This document shows positions 13,461-27,108 of a DNA stretch of 64,000 bases, in pieces. The stretch's first letter is position 1. Every line of letters begins with the position of its first letter. The translations under genes and the position numbers were made by a program. The notes under the pieces are model-generated. The model was not told the DNA's origin, made no database searches, and saw nothing but the letters and a program-made list of their open reading frames with translations. The DNA comes from Eledone cirrhosa (Eukaryota), in assembly GCA_964016885.1 (NCBI GenBank), contig OZ024746.1, positions 91,946,001 through 92,010,000 of the forward strand, written 5' to 3'.

Positions 13461-13526
<66 letters not shown>

Positions 13527-13964
13527 GATTAATTGATTGTTTGTTCAAACGAACGGATGTCTATGTCAGAGCTTTGTGAAAATGTAATTTTTTAACCGGA
13601 TTAACTCATGATAAAATAACTGCTGCTGTTTGTTCCAGTATTACTAACAAAAAGGCTTTCGGGTTGTTTGAGAGTCCATTACCTGGAGTGAAAGAAAGAT
13701 TTATCTTTAGATATTTTTAATTGCCTATAATTATTTGTATTGTTATTGTTGTTTAAAAATGGCATCGGGAGTTGCAGTAAGAAGTGTTTGCTACAGTACC
13801 GCCAGAAATAGTCTCAATAACCCAAACAAATGCGACTCCCAATTATTTTCAAATTCGAAAATAGATTTAAACAGACGACAATGAATAACCAAGCAATAGA
13901 GAACTTTACCAGAATGGAGGTCAACGAAAGGAGCAACGTTTGATAACATTTTAAAGGAACACAA

Positions 13965-15672
13965 ACAGCAACAATACTACCACCACCACCACCACAACAA
14001 CAACTACCACCTCAACAACTACCACAATAACAACTATCACCACAACACTACCATCACAACAGCACCAACAATACTACCACCATACCAACAATACTGCCAC
14101 CACAACAACAATACTACCACCACAACAACAACCATACTACCACCACAATACTACCACCACAAAAGCAACAATACTACCACCACAATAGCACCAACAATAC
14201 TACCACCACCACAATACTACCACCACAACAGCAACAATACTACCACCACAACAACAACAATACTACCACCACAATAACAACAATACTACCACCACAACAA
14301 CAACAATACTACCACCACAATAACAACAATACTACCACCACAACAACAACAATACTACCACCACAATAACAACAATACTACCACCACAATAACAACAATA
14401 CTACCACCACAATAACAACAATACTACCACCACAACAACAACAATACTACCACCACAATAACAACAATACTACCACCACCACAACAACAATACTACCACC
14501 ACAATAACAACAATACTACCACCACAACAACAACAATACTACCACCACAAAAGCAACAATACTACCACCACAACAGCACCAACGATACTACCACCACCAC
14601 AATACTACCACCACAACAGCAACAATACTACCACCACAATAACAACAATACTACCACCACAACAACAACAATACTACCACCACAATAACAACAATACTAC
14701 CACCACAACAACAACAATACTACCACCACAATAACAACAATACTACCACCACAACAACAACAATACTACCACCACAATAACAACAATACTACCACCACAA
14801 CAACAACGATACTACCACCACAATAACAACAATACTACCACCACAACAACAACAATACTACCACCACAATAACAACAATACTACCACCACAACAACAACA
14901 ATACTACCACCACAAAAGCAACAATACTACCACCACAACAGCACCAACGATACTACCACCACCACAACAACAATACTACCACTACAATACTACCACCACA
15001 ACAGCAACAATACTACCACCACAACAATAACAATACTTCCACGACCACAACAACAATACTACCACCACAATACTACCACCACAACAACAACAATACTACC
15101 ACCACAACACCAACAATACTACCACCACAACAGTAACGATACTACCACCACCACAACAACAATACTACCACCACCACAACAACCATACTACCACCACAAC
15201 AACTACCACCACAACAACAACCATACTACCACCACAACATACTACCACCACAACAACTACCACCACCATACTACCAACACAACAACTACCACCACCATAC
15301 TACCACCATAACAACAACAATACTATCACCACAACAACAACCATACTACCACCACAACAACAACAACCATACTACCACCACAACAACTACCTCCACAACA
15401 ACTACCATCACCTTACTACCTCCACAACAACTACCACCACAACAACTACCACCACCACAACAACTACCACCACCTTACTACCTCCACAACAACAACTACC
15501 ACCACAACAACTACCACCACCATACTACCTCCACAACAACAACTACCACCACCATACTACCTCCACAACAACAACTACCACCGCAACAACTACCACCACC
15601 ATACTACCTCCACAACAACAACTACCACCACCATACTACCTCCACAACAACAACTACCACCTCCACAAGAAC
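13965..15672. repeat. C/A-rich minisatellite with a 23-bp core unit, degenerating at both ends
   Basis: Unit ACTACCACCACAA(C/T)AACAACAAT. Confidence 0.9.
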
Positions 15673-16495
15673 TACACACACACACACATATATACACAGA
15701 TACACACGCACAGATATAAGCAGATACACACACACAGATATATACACAGATATACACACACAGATATACACAGATATACACACACAGATATATACACAGA
15801 TACACACACACACAGATATAAGCAGATACACACACACAGATATATACACAGATACACACACAGAGATATAAGCAGATACACACACAGATATAAGCAGATA
15901 TACACACACAGATATATACAGGTACACACACACATATATACACAGATACACACGCACAGATATAAGCAGATACACACACACAGATATATACACAGATACA
16001 CACACACATATATATACAGATACACACACACAGATATAAGCAGATACACGCACACAGATATAAGCAGATATACACACACAGGTATACACAGATACACACA
16101 TACAGATATATACACAGATACACACACACAGATATATACAGATACACACACACAGATATATACACAGATACACACACACATATATAAACAGATATACACA
16201 CAGATACACACACACAGATATAAGCAGATATAGACACAGATATATACAGATATACACACACACAGATATAAGCAGATATACACACACAGATATAAGCAGA
16301 TATACACACACAGATATATACAGATATACACACACAGGTATACACACACACAGATACACACACACACAGATACACACACACACACACACACACACACAGA
16401 TACACACACACACACAGATATACACACACACAGTTACATACACACACATAGATACACAGATACACGCACACACACAAATACACACACACACAGAT
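15673..16495. repeat. Cryptic (CA)n-GATA(TA) compound repeat
   Basis: Recurrent CAGATA separated by variable CA/TA runs. Confidence 0.9.
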
Positions 16496-16635
16496 TCAAC
16501 ATCAAGTGGCTAGACAGAAGTCCTGACATGGATGTCCCTGTCAAAGTCCATTAAGTCTGTAGTAACATCTTCTCAACTGCTCTGAAGAGGACATACTGTC
16601 TGCATGAAACAGCAGGATCCTGAATTCTGTCTATT

Positions 16636-16815
16636 CTGATTGGCAGTATCGGTAGAGGGTTGGACATGCTTTCTAGCATAGAGTTACGTCCCTTTACGAT
16701 CTGAGTTCAAATCCCGCCGAGGTTAACTTTGCCTTTCATCCTTACGGGGTCGATAAAATAAAGTACCAGTAATACACTGGGTAATTGCTGGCTTTGTGCC
16801 AAATGGAGAAACAAG
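16636..16815 (+). mobile_element. SINE family A
   Basis: A-box-like TGGCAGTATCGG, B box GAGTTCAAATCC, shared core and 3' end. Confidence 0.9.
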
Positions 16816-16817
16816 AA

Positions 16818-18262
16818 TTACACAGAGTAGTTCTGACTTTATACTAACCTAGTAATAGTATTACATAGAGAAGTTCTGTCTTTATTCTAACCTAGTAATA
16901 GTATTACACAGAGAAGTTCTGTCTTTATTCTAACCTGGTAATAGTATTACACAGAGTAGTTTTGTCTTTATTCTAACCTAGTAATAGTATTACACAGAGA
17001 AGTTCTGTCTTTATTCTAACCTAGTAATAGTATTACACAAAGTAGTTCTGTCTTTATTCTAACCTAGTAATAGTATTACACAGAGAAGTTCAGTTTTTAT
17101 ACTAACCTAGTAATAGTATTACACAGAGTAGTTCTGTCTTTATTCTAACCTAGTAATAGTATTACACAGAGTAGTTCTGTCTTTATTCTAACCTAGTAAT
17201 AGTATTACACAGAGAAGTTCTGTCTTTATTCTAACCTAGTAATAGTATTACACAGAGAAGTTCTGTCTTTATTCTAACCTAGTAATAGTATTACACAGAG
17301 TAGTTCTGTCTTTATTCTAACCTAGTAATAGTATTACACAGAGAAGTTCTGTCTTTATTCTAACCTAGTAATAGTATTATACAGAGAAGTTGTCTTTATT
17401 CTAACCTAGTAATAGTATTACACAGAGTAGTTCTGTCTTTATTCTAACCTAGTAATAGTATTACACAGAGTAGTTCTGTCTTTATTCTAACCTAGTAATA
17501 GTATTACACAGAGTAGTTCTGTCTTTATTCTAACCTAGTAATAGTATTACACAGAGAAGTTCTGTCTTTATTCTAACCTAGTAATAGTATTACACAGAGT
17601 AGTTCTGTCTTTATTCTAACCTAGTAATAGTATTACACAGAGAAGTTCTGTCTTTATTCTAACCTAGTAATAGTATTACACAGAGAAGTTGTCTTTATTC
17701 TAACCTAGTAATAGTATTACACAGAGTAGTTCTGTCTTTATTCTAACCTAGTAATAGTATTACACAGAGTAGTTCTGTCTTTATTCTAACCTAGTAATAG
17801 TATTACACAGAGTAGTTCTGTCTTTATTCTAACCTAGTAATAGTATTACACAGAGTAGTTCTGTCTTTATTCTAACCTAGTAATAGTATTACACAGAGAA
17901 GTTCTGTCTTCATTCTAACCTAGTAATAGTATTACACGAGAAGTTCTGTCTTTATTCTAACCTAGTAATAGTATTACACAGAGTAGTTCTGTCTTTATTC
18001 TAACCTAGTAATAGTATTACACAAAGTAGTTCTGTCTTTATTCTAACCTAGTAATAGTATTACACAGAGTAGTTCTGTCTTTATTCTAACCTAGTAATAG
18101 TATTACACAGAGTAGTTCTGTCTTTATTCTAACCTAGTAATAGTATTACACAGAGTAGTTCTGTCTTTATTCTAACCTAGTAATAGTATTACACAGAGTA
18201 GTTCTGTCTTTATTCTAACCTAGTAATGACACAGGTTAGTTGTGTCTTTATTTTAACCTAGC
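16818..18262. repeat. 43-bp minisatellite, about 33 copies
   Basis: Unit TACACAGAG(T/A)AGTTCTGTCTTTATTCTAACCTAGTAATAGTAT. Confidence 0.97.
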
Positions 18263-18398
18263 AACAACGAAATATATATTGGTGATGGAGATGAGGAATT
18301 TTCCTCACAAATCATTACATTCCAAAACCATTTTCCTCTTTTGTTTTGATTTTCTTTTGTTTAATATATAATTGATTTTGTTTTCTTTCTTGTTTCTT

Positions 18399-18484
<86 letters not shown>

Positions 18485-18549
18485 ATATATATATATATAT
18501 GTATATAACATTACAAATGTTCTAAAGATAAAATTAAAATTGAAGTCTT

Positions 18550-18655
<106 letters not shown>

Positions 18656-18794
18656 ATTCACTTTCAGCTTTCAATCTCAATTATTATGTAAGGAAAGAAA
18701 AAAATATTTAATTTAAAATCTCCGAAGAAGATTTTAAAAAGATTCAATAAGATAGAGGTAAAGAAAGGGAGATAAGTATGGCACATTGTGTGTG

Positions 18795-20910
18795 TGTGTG
18801 AGAGTTAGAGAGAGTGAGAGAGAGTGTGTGTTGGGATGTGGGAGAGTGGTAGAGAGTATGTGTGTGTATGTGGGAGAGTGGTAGAGAGAGTGTGTGTATG
18901 TGTGAGAGTGGCAGAGAGAGTGTGTGTTGGGATATGGGAGAGTGGTAGAGAGAGTGTGTGTATGTGTGAGAGTGGTAGAGAGAGTGTGTGTTGGGATGTG
19001 GGAGAGTGGTAGAGAGTGTGTGTGTGTATGTGGGAGAGTGGTAGAGAGAGTGTGTGTTGGGATGTGGGAGAGTGGCAGAGAGAGTGTGTGTTGGGATGTG
19101 GGAGAGTGGTAGAGAGAGTGTGTGTATGTTGGAGAGTAGTAGAGAGAGTGTGTGTTGGGATGTGGGAGAGTGGTAGAGAGAGTGTGTGTTGGGATGTGGG
19201 AGAGTGGCAGAGAGTGTGTGTGTTGGGATGTGGGAGAGTGGTAGAGAGAGTGTGTGTTGGGATGTGGGAGAGTGGTAGAGAGTGTGTGTGTTGGGATGTG
19301 GGAGAGTGGTAGAGAGAGTGTGTGTTGGGATGTGGGAGAGTGGCAGAGAGAGTGTGTATTGGGATGTGGGAGAGTGGTAGAGAGAGTGTGTGTTGGGATG
19401 TGGGAGAGTGGTAGAGAGAGTGTGTGTATGTGGGAGAGTGGTAGAGAGAGTGTGTGTTGGGATGTGGGAGAGTGGTAGAGAGAGTGTGTGTTGGGATGTG
19501 GGAGAGTGGTAGAGAGAGTGTGTGTTGGGATGTGGGAGAGTGGCAGAGAGAGTGTGTGTTGGGATGTGGGAGAGTGGTAGAGAGAGTGTGTGTTGGGGTG
19601 TGGGAGAGTGGTAGTGAGAGTGTGTGTGTATGTGGGAGAGTGGTAGAGAGAGTGTGTGTGTATGTGGGAGAGTGGTAGAGAGAGTGTGTGTTGGGATGTG
19701 GGAGAGTAGTAGAGAGAGTGTGTGTTGGGATGTGGGAGAGTAGTAGAGAGAGTGTGTGTTGGGATGTGGGAGAGTGGTAGAGAGAGTGTGTGTTGGGATA
19801 TGGGAGAGTGGTAGAGTGAGTGTGTGTTGGGATCTGGGAGAGTGGTAGAAAGAGTGTGTGTATGTGGGAGAGTGGTAGAGAGAGTGTGTGTGTATGTGGG
19901 AGAGTGGTAGAGAGAGTGTGTGTTGGGATGTGGGAGAGTGGTAGAGAGAGTGTGTGTATGTTGGAGAGTAGTAGAGAGAGTGTGTGTATGTGGGAGAGTG
20001 GTAGAGAGAGTGTGTGTTGGGATGTGGGAGAGTGGCAGAGAGAGTGTGTGTTGGGATGTGGGAGAGTGGTAGAGAGAGTGTGTGTATGTGTGAGAGTGGC
20101 AGAGAGAATGTGTGTTGGGATGTGGGAGAGTGGTAGAGAGAGTGTGTGTTAGGATGTGGGAGAGTGGCAGAGAGAGTGTGTGTATGTTGGAGAGTAGTAA
20201 AGAGAGTGTGTGTTGGGATGTGGGAGAGTGGTAGAGAGAGTGTGTGTATGTTGGAGAGTAGTAGAGAGAGTGTGTGTTGGGATGTGGGAGAGTGGTAGAG
20301 AGAGTGTGTGTTGGGATGTGGGAGAGTGGTAGAGAGAGTGTGTGTTGGGATGTGGGAGAGTGGTAGAGAGAGTGTGTGTTGGGATGTGGGAGAGTGGTAG
20401 AGAGAGTGTGTGTATGTGGGAGAGTGGTAGAGAGAGTGTGTGTGTATGTGGGAGAGTGGTAGAGAGAGTGTGTGTTGGGATGTGGGAGAGTGGTAGAGAG
20501 AGTGTGTGTATGTTGGAGAGTAGTAGAGAGAGTGTGTGTTGGGATGTGGGAGAGTGGTAGAGAGAGTGTGTGTATGTGGGAGAGTGGTAGAGAGAGTGTG
20601 TGTTGGGATGTGGGAGAGTGGTAGAGAGAGTGTGTGTATGTGGGAGAGTTGTAGAGAGTGTGTGTGTGTATGTGGGAGAGTGGTAGAGAGAGTGTGCGTT
20701 GGGATGTGGGAGAGTGGTAGAGAGAGTGTGTGTGTGTATGTAGGAGAGTGGTAGAGAGAGTGTGTGTGTATGTAGGAGAGTGGTAGAGAGAGTGTGTGTG
20801 TATGTGGGAGAGTGGTAGAGAGAGTGTGTGTGTATGTGGGAGAGTGGTAGAGAGAGTGTGTGTGTATGTGGGAGAGTGGTAGAGAGAGTGTGTGTATGTA
20901 GGAGAGTGGT
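18795..20910. repeat. G-rich 30-34-bp minisatellite
   Basis: Unit GATGTGGGAGAGTGGTAGAGAGAGTGTGTGTTGG and shorter TATGTGGG variants. Confidence 0.95.
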
Positions 20911-21524
20911 ACGTTCTTCAACCTCTAGGACTGAGAAACGTAAAGTGACGTCACTTTATGAGGAAGCGTAGGGACCTAACTTTGTGTCTCCACTTGAATC
21001 CAAACTGAATCTCCCTGCGCGGATGTTCACCTATTTTACGTCCGTCTCAAAGATACAGAGAGTCTCTCACAAACAATCATAACACATCTCCCACAGTACC
21101 GCAACCTGGCGAAAGACCCTCGAACTCTGATGTCACGTTACTGACCCCCTCACTTCCGGCAAGACCTACCTTGCACTCCCGCCACCCCAACACCACAGAT
21201 CTCTTTCCCAAATTTAGTGAAAAACACTCCTGTCAACGAACACTTAGAAAATTCTGTAAACAGTGAAATCAAAGATAGAGACGCTGCTGTCTTTTAACAC
21301 AAAATGTATTCAGGCATCGCGCCAGGAGTTGAACCTCTCAATTGGTCTTTCTACGATCTACGAATCTTTGAAGAGGTTTTTTTTTTATACATGAAACTAA
21401 TAGTATCACGGGCTGGACATTGCATTGTGAGCGAGGGGACATGATGTTGTGGGAAATTGTCGCAGAAACGTCACTTTTGGGAGTCAACTGAAGCCAATCA
21501 GAAAGACCATAGGACTCGGATTAC

Positions 21525-21935
21525 CTTCTTCTTTTTCTCTCACTTATTCCTGAGAGGGTCATGGGAGCAGAGTCCTCAAACACGGGTCCTGTCAGAAGCA
21601 ACCGTCTCCAACTGATCCGGCTGGATCTCCAAGCGTGACCAACCAAGCTCATGGATGTTATCCAACTATCTTACTCGGGGTCTACCCCTGGCTCTCCCGT
21701 CGGTTGGTTTTGCCCATAAAATCTGTCCAGTGATTCTTTCCTGAGACATTCTAACCTCATGCCCATAGTATCAGAGCTGTGATCTCTCAATTTGGAGAAG
21801 TAGCGGCTCTACATTGAGTGACTCTCTTATCTCCGAGCTACAAACTCTATCGAATAACGTTACTCCAAAGACCCTTTCGAAGAACCCCATTTCGGCCGCT
21901 TGTATTTGTGATCATATTCTTTCAGTCATTACCTA
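21525..21935 (-). mobile_element. RTE LINE 3' fragment, (AAG)n-tailed family
   Basis: Homologous to 38640-38975; remnant (TTC)n tail on the + strand. Confidence 0.8.
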
Positions 21936-22114
21936 AAATTAGAGATATTTATCGATAAGTACATTTTACAAGCTGTATTGTCAGGTTTTTTAGCAAAATC
22001 GTTAGAATGTCGGATTATTTGGTCCGGTTCCCTGCGCTCGAAGTTCAAATCCTGCCGAGGTCTTCTTTCGAAGTCAAAAAATAATGTGCCCCTCCAGTAC
22101 TGAGGTCGATTCTT

Positions 22115-22183
<69 letters not shown>

Positions 22184-22389
22184 ATATATCCCTATCCCTC
22201 ACTCACTCCCCCTCTCTCCCGCTCTCTCTTTCTCCCCCTCGTCTCTATCTATATATTTCTGGAAGAAATCCGCTGTGTTCCACCTGGACAGAGATGAACC
22301 CTGTTAGGTGTATACAAATGTCCTAAACATTTCAAGATGGCACCCGTACGACTACATCAGGAGTTAAGGGTCGTTTACCTTCTTTCCTT

Positions 22390-22660
22390 TATATAATGAG
22401 ACCTACTAGCCGTTCACGCCATTTATACATATCTTTCAGTAAATGCTCTTTGATCTTTTTACCAAACATTTCTTGGCTTAAGCCAATATAGCCCAACTGA
22501 ACATTGAAACCGGCTGACACTACCGCGGCTCTTGTTCGGTGCTCATATAATAGAAAGCTGGCCTGAACAGCCTTATGGTCAATGTTGAAAGTAAACACAT
22601 TAAACGGAGAGAAATAGTTGTTTGCTAAAAGCTCTTCCGGAACACTAGTCTTAGACTCAA
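22390..22660 (-). pseudogene. Possible Penelope-like GIY-YIG endonuclease remnant
   Basis: ORF contains VV..GYIGLSQEMFGKKIKEHL, resembling YIGxTxxxLxxRIKEH. Confidence 0.45.
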
Positions 22661-22682
22661 TTGGAAATAAATGTACGATTGA

Positions 22683-22745
<63 letters not shown>

Positions 22746-22984
22746 CGTGTATGTGTGTGTGTGTGTGTGTGTGTGAATGTGTGTGTGTATGTGTGTGTGT
22801 GTGTGTGTGTGAATGTGTGTGTGTATGTGTGTATACATCTATATCTATGTATGTGTATATGTATATATATAACAAGAAAAATATATAATGGTGGACTACT
22901 AGAGAGGTAATTTGAAGAAATGAATAAATATATATATATATATATTTGTTCAATGAAAAAGAGTTAGTTGATTTAGAATCAGCT

Positions 22985-23086
<102 letters not shown>

Positions 23087-23559
23087 TTCTTCTTCTTCTT
23101 CGAATCTTCATCCCTGCCGAAGGGACGTTTGAGAAATGTAATGTATTTACGCCATTTTCTTTTCTCTGTTTATGTTTTACACGGTCCATTTACTTAGAAT
23201 CCAAGCTTTCAATTTTATTCGTTAACTCTGTCAGACCCTCAAAAACAATCTTCTTGTATTTAAACTCTGATTACTGTTATACGTTCATTTATAGGTTTAG
23301 ATTTTAAAAGATAACCTTCTCGTTAACTTCCCCATACCCGCCCCCACTTGCCACCATTATTAGATGGTCCAATCATAATTCAGCGGCTTATACGTCTCTC
23401 TTACCAATCTCTTACACAAAACCACCGCCTCGGCTATTCACTCCTTAAGTTTAAACCTGGTTGCCTTTTATATGCTAGATGGACTGTGGGATTCTGGAGA
23501 GAGTACGAAGAATCTGGATACTCAAATGACAATGTCAAAGATAAAGATAAATTCACCTC

Positions 23560-26500
23560 ATGTGGCCGGACGAAAATGCAAGGATTCCTCTTTATTTCAG
23601 ACGCGGATGGCAAACATAACCCCATCTCCCTCACCCCTCCCTACACCTTCCACCCATCAAACGAAATCCAAAACTTCAGAGTTGGTACCATGAATGTAGG
23701 CACTTTAAAAGGTCGTTCAAATGAGGTTGTAGAGATGCTTGAACGTAAGGAAGTTGATGCTTGTTACGTCCAAGAGACTAGGTGGAGGGGTGGGTCTGCT
23801 AGATTCATTGTGGGTAAAAAACGATGCTATAAACTGTTCTGGGTGGGAAATGAAAATGGGCTGGGTGGTGTAGGAATTATGTTAGTAGAAAAATGGGTAG
23901 ATAAGGTAATTGACGTAAATAGAGTGAACGACAGAATAATCAAAATAAGACTTGTCCTAAATAGAACTACTGTGACAATAATATCCGCTTACGCACCCCA
24001 ATCTGGACTGCCTGGCGTTATAAAAGACAGATTCGCTAATGCTCACTACCTTCCAACAAACCGACAGTGACTACATAATTATTGCTGGCGACCTAAATAG
24101 TCATGTTGGACAACATTGTGACGGCTATGACGGAATCCATAGAGGCTTCGGGTTTAATACCAGAAATGAGGAAGGCTTCAGAATTCTTGAATTCTGTGAC
24201 GCAAATAACCTAACAATCTGCAACACAAACTTAAAAAAACGAGACAATCACTTGATCATCCATAGATCAGGGGAACACGCCAGTCAGATAGATTATATCC
24301 TTACCAGAAGACGTGACAAAGTGTCGGTTGTAAATACTAACCCCCCCCCCCCCTCGCGAAGAATGCACCTCCCAACATAGCCTCATAGTTGCTGACCTCA
24401 TACTCAGGATGAGACGTACTCGACAACAGAGGAGGACCACCCTGAGAAGAAGAATATGGAAGTTAAAGACCCCACACCCAGTAACAAATTTAAAAGCATA
24501 TTACTTGATGCTTTTGACAGTAAGGAAGAGCAATTAGAGACGTACAGTATAGAGGAACAGTGGGAATTACTGAAGTTAACCTGCTGAAGGCGACAGATGA
24601 AATCTGTGGCTGGAGCAGACCTATAGGTAGGAGGAGAGTAACATGGTTGTGGAACAGTAAGGTGGAGGAGTCAGTCAAGGCCAAAAAGCAAGCTTGGAAA
24701 GAATGGCGAGATAGGGGAAGTGGAGAACACAATCAAGTGGCTAGGAGGGAAGCTAGGAGACAAGTGTACCTTGCAAGAGGGGAAGCAGAGGAAAGAAAGT
24801 TCAAGCATGTTCTACAATGTGAGGACCAAAAACGTGAGGTGTTCAGGATTGCTAGACAATGTGTCAAGGAAAAACCGTGATATTGTCGGGGAGAAGTGTG
24901 TCCGTAATGATGATGGTATACTTGCCATCACTGATACTGATAAGAAGGTAGCTTGGAAGTGTCACTACGAGAGGCTACTAAATGAGGAGAATAAGTGGGA
25001 AAAAGATAGTCTGCCCCAAATCGATCCAATAGAGGGACCAGCGGTGCAAGTTAAAGGTAGTATAATATGTAAGGCAATAAGATATGAAGACAGGCAAAGC
25101 AGCTGGGCCTTCGGAGATAGTTGCTGAAATGCTGAAAGCATCTGGAATGGTGGGACACACTATGGTTCCCTGGATAGTAAACCAAGTCATACAGAATGGG
25201 GTCATGCCAAATGACTGGTGTAGCAGCATCATCATTAACTGCTACAAGGGTAAAGGAGATGCCCTAGATAGGGGAAACTATAGAGGCATTAAATTAATTA
25301 ACCAGGTCATGAAGGTCACAGAAAAAGTTATAGCGCAACTAATCAGAGAGCGAATTGATCTAGATGAAATGCAGTTTGGGTTTGTGTCAGGTAAAAGTAC
25401 CACGGATGCTCTCTTCTTTGTACGGCAACTACAGCAAGTACCTAGCTAAAAGTAAACCCCTATACTTAGCTTTTGTTGACTTGGAGAAAGCCTTTGAGTC
25501 CCCCACTCCATTATCTGGTGGGCTCTTAGAAAACTGGGTGTAGATGAATGGCTTGTGAGAGCTATACAAGCCATGTATAAAGAAACAGTCAGCAAGGTTA
25601 GAATTAACAACGAATATAGTGAAGAATTTAGCGTAAAAGTTGGTGTTCATCAGGGCTCTGTGCTTAGCTCCTTCCTATTTATTATTGCCCTTCAGGCTAT
25701 AACAGAAGAGTTCAAGACCGGCTGCCCATGGGAACTTCTATACGCAGATGATAAACGCGCATAACTGAATCAATGGCTAACTAGAGAAGAAATTCCAAAC
25801 TTGGAAGCATGGCCTAGAATCAAAAGGCCTTAAAATTAACTTGTCTAAGACTAAAGTTCTAGTGTGTAGGAAGGAAAATAGGGCACTGGTCCCATCTGGG
25901 AAATGGCCATGCTCAGTCTGTAGGAAAGGAGTAGGCAGAAACTCCATTTTATGTCCCAAATGCAAAGTATGGGTACATAAAAGATGTAGTGGGATCACAG
26001 GTAAACTAACTAAGAACATAGATTTTATATGTGGCCGGTGCTCAGTTGCAATAAGTAGTAGCAAGTCCCCACAGGATACTAGCACCTTCCATTGCCCAGA
26101 TGGTTCTATAGAAATAATGGACACCTTCCGTTACCTGGGTGACAAAATCAGTAGTGGTGGAGGGTGCTCCGAAAGTACTGTAGCTAGAGTCAGAACGGAT
26201 GGAAAAAGTTCAGAGAGCTTATACCACTATTGGCCGCTAAAGGTTCCTCCCTAAAAATGAAAGGCAGACTGTATGATGCCTGCATACGAACAGCAATGTT
26301 ACATGGCAGTGAGACATGGGCATTGTGTGCAGAGGATCTGCGCAGACTGGAGAGGAACGAAGCTTACATGCTCCGTCGGATGTGTAATAGTAATATACGT
26401 GAACAGCAAAGCATAAATGAACTAAGTGAGAAATTAGGAAATAGAGGGATCAGATGCTGTTTACTCGAGAGAAGACTACGTTGGTATGGTCACGTGATGC

Positions 26501-27066
26501 TCATGAAAGACGACAGCTGTATAAAAAAAGTACAGAGCGATCAAAATAGATGGAAGCTATGGAGTAGGCAGACCCAGAAAAACCTGGGACGATTTGATAA
26601 ATTCCGACCTTACACACTTACACCTCTCCAAGACAATGTCACTGGACCGAGATCTTTGGCGCTACGCAGTAATACAGAAAACCCGCCTTGCCTAAGTACA
26701 AAGCGAAACCTACAGTCAGTAGGCACCTCCTAACCAAAAATATACCCCATCCCACTACCCCTACTCCACCCCATCTACACCACCCCTTTCTCTGTAAAGT
26801 TATGTTGGTACCACAACATGAATAAATGAGGTCGTGTAGGTGTCACGACAAAAAAAAACACAGTCCACGCTGTAATGTGGCCGTGTAGGTAACACGGTAA
26901 AAACCTCCCAGTCCACACTGTAAACGTGGTTGGTGTTAGGAAGGGCATCCAGCCGTAGAAAACCCGCCAGACAGTCCTATACGAGCAAGACAACCAATCT
27001 TGGCTCACGTGGGACAATTCCCGTCTAAACCCATGCTAGCGTGGAAGATAGACGTTAAACGACGAC

Positions 27067-27108
<42 letters not shown>
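23560..27108 (+). mobile_element. Near full-length, frameshifted RTE-clade LINE (APE endonuclease, RT, PHD-like insert, 3' UTR, (GAT)n tail)
   Basis: GTMNVGTL..VQETRW..SAYAPQ, AGDLN, QIDYIL, NYRGIKL, QFGF, GVHQGSVLS, LLYADD, FRYLG, RRLRWYGHV spread across successive frames; tail 27061-27108. Confidence 0.95.

Larger units (their letters stand above)
10378..13526. repeat. Five (TAA)n tracts punctuating the R4 stack (10378-10420, 11266-11355, 11680-11737, 12310-12340, 13464-13526)
   Basis: Direct reading. Confidence 0.95.

Noticed and set aside
13965-15672. Mucin-like Thr-rich coding repeat
   Set aside because: The core unit is 23 bp, so the reading frame is not maintained
16575-16635. CTGAAGA-GGACA/TGTCT..GAAA hammerhead-like string
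   Set aside because: Four extra bases before GAAA and no stem I pairing
18744-20921. 725-aa ORF
   Set aside because: Translation of the C-rich strand of a 30-34-bp minisatellite; the same three peptide blocks cycle through the frames
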